In this document: one piece after another, positions 28,625 to 39,597 of the stretch
How positions within the stretch are numbered: the first letter of the stretch is position 1
Layout of the letters: the number at the start of each line of letters is the position of its first letter
IMG/VR virus record: IMGVR_UViG_3300045988_113151
Length of the DNA stretch: 64,000 nucleotides
Origin: a virus
Strand: one strand, 5' to 3'
Position numbers and translations under genes: made by a program
The notes under the pieces: generated by a model
The model's input: only the letters and a program-made list of their open reading frames with translations
Databases searched by the model: none
Told to the model about the DNA's origin: nothing

Positions 28625-28755
28625 CTTACAGATTAAAAATACTTGCTGAAGATGGGGATCATTTCTTACTTGAGGATGAAGAAGGACCAGTATGGTTTTT
28701 AAAAGAACAAGTAAATAATATAATAATTAAAGACGATGAAACTGATAGAAAGTAA
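28570..28755 (+). CDS. hypothetical small protein
   Basis: ORF track. Confidence 0.4.
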   Translation: MQRYAEIIEQGRGRRGTITYRLKILAEDGDHFLLEDEEGPVWFLKEQVNNIIIKDDETDRK

Positions 28756-30511
28756 AGTAGAGATGCTAATACAAGGTAGTGGTATAGAAGGGATTTATAA
28801 GCAAATAGAGTTAGCTGGTCGTACTTGTTATAAATCTGAGGATAAAATTACTCCTACTTCAGCTAAAGAGTTTACAGATAGAATGATTAAATCAAAACAC
28901 TGTTATACTGGAGAAACAGAAGTGCTAACTGAGAAAGGTTGGATTAAATTTAGAAATTATAACGGAGAAAAGGTCGCAGTAATAAACAAAAATTGCTCCT
29001 TTAAAGGATTTGAGTCTCCCAGCAGAATAGTAAATTATTCTTATAAAGGAAATTTCTATTATTACCCATCATTAGGTATTGAAGTAACAGATGGTCATAA
29101 TATGTTTGGAGTATTTAGAGAAAGTAAAAATAACTTCTATACTAATTCTTCCTATAATTTATTTAGTTGTAATACTCCATATAGAGATAATAACGGTAGA
29201 GAAAAAACATTAGGAGAAAGAATGTTTAAATCCCCAAGGCACTGTGTTAAACCCATATCTCTGAATCCTTATGGTGAATTAATTGGATTTTGGTTAGGAG
29301 ACGGCTGTTATTCTCCTGAAACTAAAAATAAATTAGTATTTCATCTAAAGAAAGAGAGAAAAATAGAATATCTTAGACGAATATGTAATGAATTAGGATA
29401 TATTTTTGAGAAAAAAAAATCTAATTATTACACAGTTACTAATAATAACATAGGAAGTTCTTTTAGTTCATTATTTTATAATAATGGGAAAAGATTATCC
29501 TTACAATATTTTCCTTCTATAGACATTGCATATTCTATTATAAACGGATTAATAAACTCAGATGGAAGTTTGGGAATTAACACCAAAACTATCACTTTTA
29601 CTAATACTAGTAAAAGTATAATAGACTGGTTATTAATGTATGCTCCTATATGCGGTTACTCTATCTCTGATAGAGGAATATCTCATAATACCTCCTTAAA
29701 CAATCCTGTATATAAAGTATTATTGTTAGATACTAATTATACTCTAAACAATGATTCTAGGAATAAAGATTCTAAGGTTATTATTACTAATAAAGTGGAA
29801 GAGGTGTATTGTGTAACAGTATCTACAGGTTTAATAATGGTTAGAGGAACTAATGGTGTTACTACTATCTGCGGGAATTGTGCTATGCTTGAACACGGTA
29901 CTATTTATCTTACTATTGCTAAGACAGTTACAAACATTGGAGATCCTATATTCTATGTTAGAAATAAATACTCTAAAGTAAATGAGGATGATCTATTTTA
30001 CTTCATAACTACTAATATGCGTGTACTAGTAGAGAATAATAGACTAGATGATTTACAATATCAAGTGGAACCTACAGAATTTCATGAGAAACGCATTACT
30101 GTTAAGTTTATATGTGATAGAGGAGTAAGTCATGAGTTTGTAAGACATCGTGTATTTAGTTTCGCTCAAGAAAGTACTCGTTATTGCAACTATAGTAAGG
30201 ATAAATTTAATAACGAGCTTACTTTTATCACACCTACTACAAAAGAAATAGGAGCAAAAGGACCGTATGAACCTAATGATACATTTACAGTAGCTTTAAT
30301 GCAAGCAGAAAAGAACTATTTTGTTCTTATTCAAGAAGGATGGAAACCTCAACAGGCAAGACAAGTGCTACCTAACGCTTTAAAGACAGAACTAGTAATG
30401 ACAGGATTTATAAGTGATTGGGAACACTTCTTTGAACTGAGATGTAGTAAAGCAGCCCATCCTGATGCACAGAAGTTAGCTAATGAATTAAAAGAACTAA
30501 TTTACAAGTAA
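28736..30511 (+). CDS. thyX: flavin-dependent thymidylate synthase ThyX, interrupted by an intein
   Basis: ThyX signature RHRVFSFAQESTRY. The extein junction reads ...MIKSKH / CAMLEHGT, matching the conserved H-x-S-x-x-EH region. Confidence 0.8.
   Translation: MKLIESKVEMLIQGSGIEGIYKQIELAGRTCYKSEDKITPTSAKEFTDRMIKSKHCYTGETEVLTEKGWIKFRNYNGEKVAVINKNCSFKGFESPSRIVNYSYKGNFYYYPSLGIEVTDGHNMFGVFRESKNNFYTNSSYNLFSCNTPYRDNNGREKTLGERMFKSPRHCVKPISLNPYGELIGFWLGDGCYSPETKNKLVFHLKKERKIEYLRRICNELGYIFEKKKSNYYTVTNNNIGSSFSSLFYNNGKRLSLQYFPSIDIAYSIINGLINSDGSLGINTKTITFTNTSKSIIDWLLMYAPICGYSISDRGISHNTSLNNPVYKVLLLDTNYTLNNDSRNKDSKVIITNKVEEVYCVTVSTGLIMVRGTNGVTTICGNCAMLEHGTIYLTIAKTVTNIGDPIFYVRNKYSKVNEDDLFYFITTNMRVLVENNRLDDLQYQVEPTEFHEKRITVKFICDRGVSHEFVRHRVFSFAQESTRYCNYSKDKFNNELTFITPTTKEIGAKGPYEPNDTFTVALMQAEKNYFVLIQEGWKPQQARQVLPNALKTELVMTGFISDWEHFFELRCSKAAHPDAQKLANELKELIYK
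28901..29878 (+). mobile_element. intein with LAGLIDADG homing endonuclease (326 aa)
   Basis: Starts CYTGETEVLTEKGW (Cys1, block A-like) and ends ...TTICGN followed by Cys+1. LAGLIDADG motifs GFWLGDGCY and INGLINSDGSLG. Confidence 0.75.
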
Positions 30512-30512
30512 T

Positions 30513-30650
30513 ATGCATATATTTATAGAAGAATGTCTAGCACCACTATATAGACTACAATCTCTTAGAGAGATACATTTTGATCCTGTATTAATGAACG
30601 ATATAATGCTATTTATAGCAATGCAAGATAATAGACTATTGAAAGTATGA
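30513..30650 (+). CDS. small ORF, 45 aa
   Basis: Hand translation MHIFIEECLAPLYRLQSLREIHFDPVLMNDIMLFIAMQDNRLLKV. It fills the gap between genes. Confidence 0.3.
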   Translation: MHIFIEECLAPLYRLQSLREIHFDPVLMNDIMLFIAMQDNRLLKV

Positions 30651-31099
30651 AAATAGATAAATATGAATGCAGCTTTCCTGGTAATTTATGGGTAGTAATA
30701 TTAGATTATAATGAACCATTGGGTAAGATAGTAAACAAGTTCAACTTCTATAAAATGGATGGTAAATTTAATCAATTTAATGAGGAAATAGAAACAGGTT
30801 TACTAGAAGACAGACGTAGAGCTATAGCTGGTTGTTATTCAGTAATGGAAAAAAGTAGCGGAGACCTAGGTATACTTTGTTTAGTATTTATAATAGATCT
30901 AATGGATGCTAATACTATTGCACATGAATCAGTGCATATAGCTGATTACTATTATGAAGTTGGCGGGATATACTCAGAGTCATTTTCAGATGGAAACGAA
31001 TCTTATGCTTACTTAGTAGGTTGGTCAGCAGGCAATATATCTAAAACAGTAATAGACTATGAAAGAAGAAGAGATAAGAAACAACGAGAGCACATCTAA
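30647..31099 (+). CDS. hypothetical protein with HExxH motif
   Basis: IAHESVHIADYYYE. No further support for peptidase activity. Confidence 0.4.
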   Translation: MKIDKYECSFPGNLWVVILDYNEPLGKIVNKFNFYKMDGKFNQFNEEIETGLLEDRRRAIAGCYSVMEKSSGDLGILCLVFIIDLMDANTIAHESVHIADYYYEVGGIYSESFSDGNESYAYLVGWSAGNISKTVIDYERRRDKKQREHI

Positions 31100-32024
31100 A
31101 AAGAATGATTTTAAAGATAATAAACTTAGATGGGACTTACTCCCGTTAGAAACTATTGAAAACTTAGTAAAAGTTTATTCATTCGGTAGCAAAAAATATT
31201 CAGATAATAGTTGGCAGAATCTTGACAATTTCTGGGAAAGATACAAAGCAGCATTACTTAGACATTTGACAGCGATAGAAAAAGGTGAATTCTATGACAA
31301 AGAAAGTGGATTACCGCATTCGTCGCATCTAATGTGGAATGCAGTAGCTCTGGACTATGGGTTTACTCACGGTAAAGGTAAAGTAGTATATAAGGATATC
31401 CCTGGTTATGAAGAGTTCTACTATGCAGATAGTAATGGGAACATCTATTCGAAAGACAGGTTTCATAACACCTCTCAAGGAGGATTCATTAAAAAGGGTA
31501 GAATGTTGAAACCTTTCAAAAACAATCGAGGGTATTTGAATGTATCATTATGTGGTAACAATGGACAAAAGACCGAAAAAGTGCACCGACTGATCGCAAA
31601 AACGTTTTTAGATAATCCAAACAACTATCAAGAAATTAACCACAAAAATGAAATAAAGGATGACAATCGTGTTATAAATTTGGAATGGTGCGACAGATTA
31701 TACAATATGAATTATGGTACAATAAGATCCAGATTAAGCGAACACGCTGATTCTAAGAATAGAGTAAAACCAATAGTAAGATTAAATAAGAATGGAGATG
31801 TTATCCGCAAATATGAGTCGATTACTTCTGTAAAAGAAGACGGATTTGACCCAAGTTATGTTTTGAAAGTTTGTAGAGGTACTAAACAAGAAGCATACGG
31901 GTTTGTTTGGAAATACGACGACTTAAATGACAACAGTCTGTTAGAAAAGTTAAACAAACGTATAGAAGAAAAGATAAATAATTGCAATAAGATATTAGAC
32001 GAGTTAGAAACAACTCAAAAATAA
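31059..32024 (+). CDS. fusion of a small dATP/dGTP-diphosphohydrolase-N-like helical domain with a NUMOD4/HNH homing endonuclease
   Basis: N-terminal LRWDLLPLETIENLVKVYSFGSKKYSDNSW...LLRHL...ESGLPHSSHLMWNAVAL. Then NUMOD4-like YKDIPGYEEFYYADSNGNIYS, HNH_3-like GYLNVSL...KVHRLIAKTF...INHKNEIKDDNRVINLEW, and a C-terminal DNA-binding tail GFVWKY. Confidence 0.6.
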   Translation: MKEEEIRNNESTSKKNDFKDNKLRWDLLPLETIENLVKVYSFGSKKYSDNSWQNLDNFWERYKAALLRHLTAIEKGEFYDKESGLPHSSHLMWNAVALDYGFTHGKGKVVYKDIPGYEEFYYADSNGNIYSKDRFHNTSQGGFIKKGRMLKPFKNNRGYLNVSLCGNNGQKTEKVHRLIAKTFLDNPNNYQEINHKNEIKDDNRVINLEWCDRLYNMNYGTIRSRLSEHADSKNRVKPIVRLNKNGDVIRKYESITSVKEDGFDPSYVLKVCRGTKQEAYGFVWKYDDLNDNSLLEKLNKRIEEKINNCNKILDELETTQK

Positions 32025-32036
32025 AGAAACTAGAAT

Positions 32037-32540
32037 ATGGAACGATTGAAATTTAAGAAATTAGATTACTCTGTAAAAAATGCAGAGGGAGTAGAAGAGA
32101 TTAAGAAGTCAGAGGGTGTATTACCAACTAGAGCTACAGCGGGAGATGCTGGTTTAGATTTATATTCTACTCGTATGACACAAGAAGTAGATAATAGTGG
32201 CAAATTAGTTTTAGTATATCATACTGATATCGCTGTAGAAATCCCAGAAGGTTATTGCGGCTTACTTATGATGAAGTCTTCTGTAAGTAATAGATCTATC
32301 TGTTTGACTAATGCCGTAGGGCTAATTGACTGCTTTTATAGAGGGGAGATAATGGCTAAGTTCAAAGTTACAACAGATGCAGTGCCTACTGTATACTCAG
32401 TTGGTGAAGCATTCGCTCAATTAGTAATAGTTCCGTGTTCAATCCTTGAACCAGTATTTGTAGAAGAATTAAGCGAAACCGAAAGAGGCACTAAAGGATT
32501 TGGAGAAGCCGATGTAATTATTCCGGAAGAGGTAAAATAA
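32037..32540 (+). CDS. dut: dUTPase
   Basis: AGDAGLDLYS motif 1/2, GLIDCFYRGEI motif 3, and C-terminal RGTKGFGE motif 5. Confidence 0.85.
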   Translation: MERLKFKKLDYSVKNAEGVEEIKKSEGVLPTRATAGDAGLDLYSTRMTQEVDNSGKLVLVYHTDIAVEIPEGYCGLLMMKSSVSNRSICLTNAVGLIDCFYRGEIMAKFKVTTDAVPTVYSVGEAFAQLVIVPCSILEPVFVEELSETERGTKGFGEADVIIPEEVK

Positions 32541-32541
32541 T

Positions 32542-33090
32542 ATGTTACATTTCTTTGATATAGTAGGAGGAGAAGTAGTAATACATGCAGACTTATGGGC
32601 ACTACCGCCATTTGAAAAACTATGGAATCTAGATAAAGATCCTACTAAAGCTCACGCTAATAAGGTAGTAAAATTTATTATACTATGTGATTACTGGAAT
32701 AGCCCATATGTAAAGAGTATTAGTAGCACTGAGCTTAGAGAAAAGAAGTTAAAAGAAAGGATATTTAAAGATGAAAATTACTCTCTTACTTTAGATGAAT
32801 AGATAAGCAGAGATGAGTATAAAGAGCTTATTAACACTAGAAACCTTAAGATGCTAACTTCTATTATGAACAAATTAGATACTATCAGTAATTACTACGA
32901 ATCCTCCTTAGAGGAAGAATTAGATGAAACCAAAATAGGTAAGTTGTTAGCAGGATTTGAGAAAGTAAAAGGTACAATGCAAACTATAGATTTTCTAGAA
33001 AAGTCTGTTAAAGCAGAAGAGCTCGATAATACTAAAGTTAAAGGTAATTCTCAGATTAATCCATACGAGTTGGTAAAAAAAGTACAGTAA
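32542..33090 (+). CDS. conserved phage protein upstream of TerL (small terminase candidate), one in-frame TAG
   Basis: Track ORFs 32542..32802 and 32851..33090 share a frame and are separated only by TAG at 32800-32802. Confidence 0.45.
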
Positions 33091-33140
33091 CCTGTAACAT
33101 AAAAAATAAAGTTACGTTTTACAGAAAAAATAAAGAAACT

Positions 33141-33359
33141 ATGAAAAAGAAGAAATTTTATACCAAGAAAGAAGAAGTTTATTTAGATTTGACAAATCCT
33201 AATCAGACAGTTGGTGAAGCTATTGCACAATCGAATGCTGAAAGAAATGCTATCAAAGAATCTGTTTATGAAATTATAGAAGAAAAGATGGCTGAAGAAC
33301 CAACAAAAAAATCTAAATGGTATACTAAGTTTTGGAATAAATTAAAGAACTTATTTTAA
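33141..33359 (+). CDS. hypothetical small protein
   Basis: ORF track. Confidence 0.4.
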   Translation: MKKKKFYTKKEEVYLDLTNPNQTVGEAIAQSNAERNAIKESVYEIIEEKMAEEPTKKSKWYTKFWNKLKNLF

Positions 33360-33402
33360 AATATATGTCTAACGGGGATAGACATTAAACATTCCCCGGC
33401 AC

Positions 33403-33474
33403 TCTCCTGTGATGTAAAGGTAACATATTGAGCTCTAACCTCAAAATTGTCCGTTCGAGTCGAGACCAGGAGGA
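33403..33474 (+). tRNA. amber suppressor tRNA, anticodon CUA
   Basis: Acceptor 33403-33409 pairs with 33467-33473 (7 bp, terminal U.G). U8, then D arm ATGT-AAAGGTA-ACAT. Anticodon arm TTGAG-CTCTAAC-CTCAA with CTA at 33435-33437. T arm GTCCG-TTCGAGT-CG(A)GAC with one bulged A. Confidence 0.75.
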
Positions 33475-33509
33475 CTAATAAAAAATAATTTAATGTTACT
33501 ATCACAAAT

Positions 33510-36500
33510 ATGATAGACTTCTAGAAAAAAATATTAAATAGCAATAAGTTTAGACAAGCCTGTATTCAATTTTAGAATACAGGCTCTTATTGTTCATATC
33601 CTTCAGGAACATCTGAATACTATCAATTCTGGGATGAAGAAATGAACAGATGTATTAATGGTTATACTACCGATGATGGTGATTACATCACAGGGTATAA
33701 CTATTTTTATATAAACTATTGCCCTATACAAAGAATAGTACATACAGTAAAGAAGTTGCCAGATGGTACTACTAAAGTAATAAAAACTAGATCATTATAG
33801 TTTCCAGACTTTTATGACTATGACTATTACTTTTTCTTAGCAATGACAGAAGCTGAAGAAAAAGGTAAACATATGTGTGTACTTAAATCACGTCGTAAAG
33901 GTTACTCTTATAAGAATGCAGCAATGGCATGTCGTAACTATTACTTAATACCTAACAGTAAGACTTATATATACGCTTCAAATAAACAATATCTAACAGA
34001 GGATGGTATACTTACTAAAGCATGGGATTACATGGACTTTATAGATAAAAATACTGCTTGGGGTAAGAAGAGATCTGTGAATACATCAATGCGTAAAAGA
34101 GCTGGTTTCTTTACTAAAGATGAATTTGGTAATGAAATAGAAATGGGTTACAAGTCTGAAATAATTGGGGTATCCCTAAAAGACAATCCAGATGCAACTC
34201 GTGGTAAAGCTGGTAAACTTATTATATTTGAGGAAGCTGGTTCTTTTCCAGAATTAGGAGCTGCATGGTAGATTGCTAGACCTTCTGTAGAACAAGATGG
34301 TATAGCATTCGGAACAATGGTAGCATTTGGATGTGTGTGTGCTGGTACTAAAGTATGGACAGCTAATGGTAAGTGTGTATCTATTGAGGAACTCAATCCT
34401 AAAGATGGTATAATGGGGTGGGATACATATTAGGCTTATCCTCAAAATATATCTAATGTAAATCCTCCAGCAAAAAAACCATGTTTAAGAATAACTACTA
34501 ATACTGGTAGAACACTAGAGTGTAGCACAGATCACCCGTTGTTATGGTCTACTCCAGGTAAAACAAAAAGAGTACCTGGAAAAAGGAAAGAAAATGAACG
34601 CATGAAATCATGGTTATGGCACAAAGCTGAACTATGTAAAGTGGGAGATCAGGTTGGAGTTATTGATGAAGTACCTTATTTTGGTGACAAGAAAATGTGG
34701 GAACCAAGATTAGTAGGATGGTTGATAGGAGATGGTAGTTATGGTAATAATAAGACACCAATACTTAGTAATTGCGATGAATATATAAACAATTATATAT
34801 TTGAGAACTTTAATGCTAAAGTAGAAAAATCCTATCTTACTAAAGATAATAAATTATACTGTGAAACTAGGATCAAGGGTATATGTAAGAATTTAAGAGA
34901 ACTAGGTATATATGGACAAACTAGAGGTAATAAAACATTACCTATTAACATAGATGATTATGATTTTGAAAGCTTATCAGAATTAATAGGAGGACTATAC
35001 GATACAGATGGCTATATTAGAGTAGACAAAGATGGGAGAGTGAGAGTAATACTTACTCAAGCTTATGATACTTTATTAAAACAGCTTCAGATATTGTTAA
35101 TTAAATTTGGTATAAGCAGTTCTATTCGTTATATAAAATATAAAAATGAAAGAGTTCATATATCAAACGGGAAAACTATTAGATCTAAGAATGGGGAGTA
35201 CAGATTAGAAATAAACGATATTACAAGTGTGTGTAAGTTTGCTGATAGAATTCCTCTAACAGTTCAATACAAGTAGTCAGCTTTAGATATGATATTACTA
35301 TTTTCTTAGAAACATATAAATAAGTATAATAAGTATTTATGTGGCGTTCACGCTGAAAGAATAGTAAGTATAGAAGACATAGGACTACAAACAATCTACA
35401 ATCTTACTGCAAAAGAACAAAATAATTACATAGCTAATGGTATAGTAACTCATAACACTGGCGGTGATCCAGGTAGTAGTTTTGAAGCTCTTAGAGACAT
35501 GTTCTATAATCCAGACGGATATAATTGTTTATCATTTGAAAATATATGGGATAGTGCAGTAAGTAATACTAAATGTGGGTTCTTTATACCTCAGTATACC
35601 AATCTAGATATACGTAATGAGGATGGCAAAAGAATATATATGGATGATGATGGTAACACTAATGTTAAGCTGTCTCTACAATATATACTCGATGAGCGTA
35701 AAATAGTAATACAAAATGCTACTAGTTCTGTTGCTGTTGATAGATATGTTGCTGAAAGATGTATTACTCCTTAGGAAGCTTGTTTGGAATTTAACGGTAA
35801 TATATTCCCTAAAAAAGAACTTCAAGAATAGCTTGGTTTAATACGTACAAATAAAGCACTGTAGAACCATAAACAAGTTGGAGATCTTATATTTGATCAG
35901 TCTGGGTAGTTGAAATGGATACCTAAGAAACTTGGTGATATTACTAAATATCCTTTAGGTAAGGATGATGACCCAAAAGGTGCAATAGTAATATGGGAAC
36001 ATCCAGTTAAAGATGCTCCTTCAGGATTATATATAATAGGAGTAGACCCTTATGATCATGATTAGTCTGGTACAAATTCTTTAGGATCATCTATAGTGTA
36101 TAAAAGATTTCAGAGCTTTGAATCTTATTATGATATTATAGTAGCTGAATATACTGGTAGACCTGCAACAGCGGAAGAGTATTATGAGAATTTACGCAAG
36201 CTAGCGATTTACTATAATGGTAGAATAATGTATGAAAATGAACGTAAAGGTTTGTTCCCTTATTTTACAGCAAAGCATTGTGATTACTTATTAGCAGATC
36301 AGCCTGATATAATAAACGATATAGTAGGTAATTCTAAAGTACAACGCAAAAAAGGCTGCCATATGAATAAGCAAATAAAACAATGGGGTGAAGGCATGAT
36401 TAAAGACTGGTTAAATGAGGAGTATGCACCAGGTAAGAAAAATCTTACTAGAATACTATCTGAACCATTATTAGAAGAACTAATAAGCTATAATGATACT

Positions 36501-36692
36501 GGAAATTTTGATAGAGTGATGGCTTTAATGCAGGTAATGATATACAAAGAGTAGTTATATAACGTTGTTGTAAAACAGAAAGAAAAAGAGAATAAAGCTA
36601 AGCTGTTATTTGATGGGCCAATCTTTGCGCAGAGTTGGTTCCAAGATGACAAACCAAATATCAGTAATGACGATAATGTATATACATTTTAA
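33510..36692 (+). CDS. terL: terminase large subunit, TAG-recoded and intein-containing
   Basis: One frame runs from ATG 33510 to TAA 36690, crossing TAGs at 33522, 33573, 33798, 34269, 35274, 35772, 36552 and others. Walker A-like VLKSRRKGYS, Walker B LIIFEEAG, nuclease IIGVDPYDHD. Confidence 0.85.
34332..35456 (+). mobile_element. intein with LAGLIDADG homing endonuclease (375 aa) inside TerL
   Basis: Starts CVCAGTKVWTANG and ends IVTHN followed by Thr+1 (TGGDPG). LAGLIDADG motifs GWLIGDGSYG and IGGLYDTDGYI. It contains in-frame TAGs of its own. Confidence 0.75.
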
Positions 36693-36694
36693 TT

Positions 36695-39184
36695 ATGAAG
36701 AATTTAAAATCAATGCCGATTTAGAAACTCTCTATGTTCAAAAAGAATAAGGAGTGGAGGCAAGCTTGTGTAGACTATATCATAGGTGCTAGTGATTCTG
36801 GCTAGGGTAATTTAAATAGAGATAGATCTGATGAAATGCAGACTTACTATGATTTGTACAATAGTATATATAATGAAAAGGATCTAAAGTATGTTACTAA
36901 TCCATTTAAACAAGATGATGGATTCCCTGCTACAGCTTAGGACTATAATATAATAAAGCCATACATAGATCAGTTACTAGGAGAAGAAACTAAAAGACCG
37001 TTTAACTTCTATATAGCTAGAACTAGTGATGATGCTGCTAGTGAACTTCAAGAGAAAATGAAACAAATGCTAATGGACTATATCTATGCTACTATTACTA
37101 GTAAACTAAGCCCAGAGCAAGCAGCTAGATATGAACAAGCATTAGCTACTGGAGAAATTATGACTCCTGAGTAGATACAAAAATATGTTAATAAAGATTA
37201 TAAGGATATAGCAGAAACCACAGCATATCATACGCTATAGTATCTTAAGCGTAAATTGAATTTGATACACGAATTCTATAAAGGGTGGAAAGATGCGTTA
37301 ATAGCTGGTGAAGAGATTTATTATGTTGGTATAGTAAACGGTTAGCCATATACAGAAAGAGTAAATCCTATGTACTTTAGGTATGAACAATCTTTAGACT
37401 TAGAATTTATTCATGAGGCTTCATGGTGTTGTAGGAAAATGATTATGTCGGCTACAGAACTATATGATAGATTTTATGATAAAATGTCAGAAAAACAGCT
37501 GAACGATTTACTAGATTTAATAGATGAAAAACCAGGTACTTCTCCTGAAATAAGGAAAACATCTATGGATTACACTCACTATAAAATGTCTAGCATAAAT
37601 GGTTTTACTGCCAACCCTTTTGATGCTAATCATATTACTGTATATCACTGTTGTTGGAAATCATTTAAAAAGATAGGTTTTGTAAGTATAACAGATCCAT
37701 AGACTGGAGAAATAGAAGAGATACAAGTAGATGAAACTTATAAACCTACTGGTAGAGAAAACTATGTAGAATGGAAATGGATAGTTGAAACTTGGGAGGG
37801 TTATAGAGCTAATGATGATGAATATATAGGTATTCAACCAATAGAATATCAACATATATCAGCAGACAATCCTAATTCATAGAAGTTACCATATACTGGT
37901 GTTGTATATAATAATACTAATAGCAGACCTAGATCTTTAGTAAGCATGATGAAACCTTTACAATATATGTATATTGTAGTATGGTACAGACTTGAATTAG
38001 CTATGTCTAGAGATAAAGGTAAAGTAGCTTTGATAGATGTTACTTAGATACCTAAAGGATTAGGTATAGATGTAAATAAATGGATGCATTACTTAGGAGC
38101 ATTAGGTGTAGCATTTATTAATCCTTATGAAGAAGGTTGGGATGTTCCAGGACGTGAAGGTGGTAGACCAGCTCAGTTTAATCAGTTTCAATCATGGGAT
38201 CTTAGCATGGCTAATGTGATAGACCAGTATGTAAACCTAATGGCTAAAATAGAAGATATGGTAGCTAAACTTACTGGTATTACTCCTTAGAGATAGGGGC
38301 AAATAGCTCCAAATGAGCTTGTGTCTAATGCTAGTACAGCAGTAAGTATGTCTTATCATATTACTGAACCTTGGTTCTGGACACATAATCAAGTAAAGAG
38401 AGAGGTTTTAACAATGCTATTAAATACAGCTAAGGTAGCTTGGAAAGACAATAAAATGTGCTTGAATTATATACTAGACGATGCTACCAGAGCTTTTCTT
38501 AAATTATCTGATAGATTCTTCTATGAAGATATGGATGTGTTTATTGACGATAGTACTAAGAATAGACAAGACTTAGATGCTCTTAGAAATCTTATGTAGC
38601 CTGCTATGCAAAATGGTGCTAGTTTACTTGATATAGCTGAAATAGTTACATTAGACAATGTAAATATGATTAAGAGTAGATTAGAGGAAATTGAGCAGAA
38701 ACGTATGGAACAAATGCAGCAACAACAACAAGCTGAGCAGCAAGCTCAACAAGAACTAGTTGAAAAACAAAATCAAATAAAAGAAGAGGAGTTGATGATT
38801 AAAGAAGCTGAAATGGATCTTGAAAAATATAAGATAGATCAAGATAATGCTACTAAAATTACAGTTGCTCAATTAAATGCTTATAGAGGGTCTGAGAATA
38901 TGGATCAAAATGAAAACGGCATACCAGATCCTATGGAAATAGCAGCTCAGGCTTTAGAAGAAAGAAAACAGGCATCAGAAGAAGCTTCTAAACAATTTGA
39001 GTTCAATAATAAGCGTAGAGAAGTAGAGATGAAGAAAGAGATTGAAGATAAAAAAATTCAACTTGAAAAGGATAAAATCCAAGCTTAGAAAGAATTACAA
39101 GCTCAAAAAGATAAAGCTGCAATGGAAAGAGAGAGATTAAAAGCTAAGACTGCAATTAGGAATAAAGTAACAGGAGAGCGTTAA
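36695..39184 (+). CDS. portal protein, TAG-recoded (829 codons)
   Basis: Immediately follows TerL. One frame joins track ORFs 37370, 38084, 38321 and 38606 across TAGs at 37700, 38288, 38597 and 39086. Ends at TAA 39182. Q/E-rich C-terminal coiled coil. Confidence 0.7.
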
Positions 39185-39185
39185 T

Positions 39186-39539
39186 ATGAAGATAATTCAG
39201 AACAAACTAATTCCTTTTAAAGGATATAAATATATTAACTTATTTGGGTTATTGTTTACTAGAGATAAATCTAAAATAACAGATATAGAGTATAATCATG
39301 AGAAGATTCATCTTAAGTAGATGCAAGAAATGTTGTGGTTGCCATTTTATATCTGGTATGGAGTTGAATACTTGGTTATAACAGTAGCTAGGTTATTTGA
39401 TAAATAGGGAGATAGGTATCATGATATATCTTTTGAAGAAGAAGCTTATAATAATGAAACTAATCTGAACTATTGTAGTGACAGAAAGCATTTTGCTTGG
39501 TTAAAATATATAGGTATTAAAAGTAATTAGGAGGAATAA
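39186..39539 (+). CDS. hypothetical protein with HEKIH motif, TAG-recoded
   Basis: Hand translation MKIIQNKLIPFKGYKYINLFG...NHEKIHLK-TAG-MQEML...; ends at TAA 39537. Confidence 0.45.
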
Positions 39540-39541
39540 TT

Positions 39542-39595
39542 ATGGCATGCGGAAGTAAGAAAGGCTCTAAAAAGGGCGGTAAAAAGAGTAAGTAA
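39542..39595 (+). CDS. possible 17-aa Lys-rich peptide
   Basis: MACGSKKGSKKGGKKSK, preceded by AGGAGG 8 nt upstream. Very short. Confidence 0.2.
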   Translation: MACGSKKGSKKGGKKSK

Positions 39596-39597
39596 TT

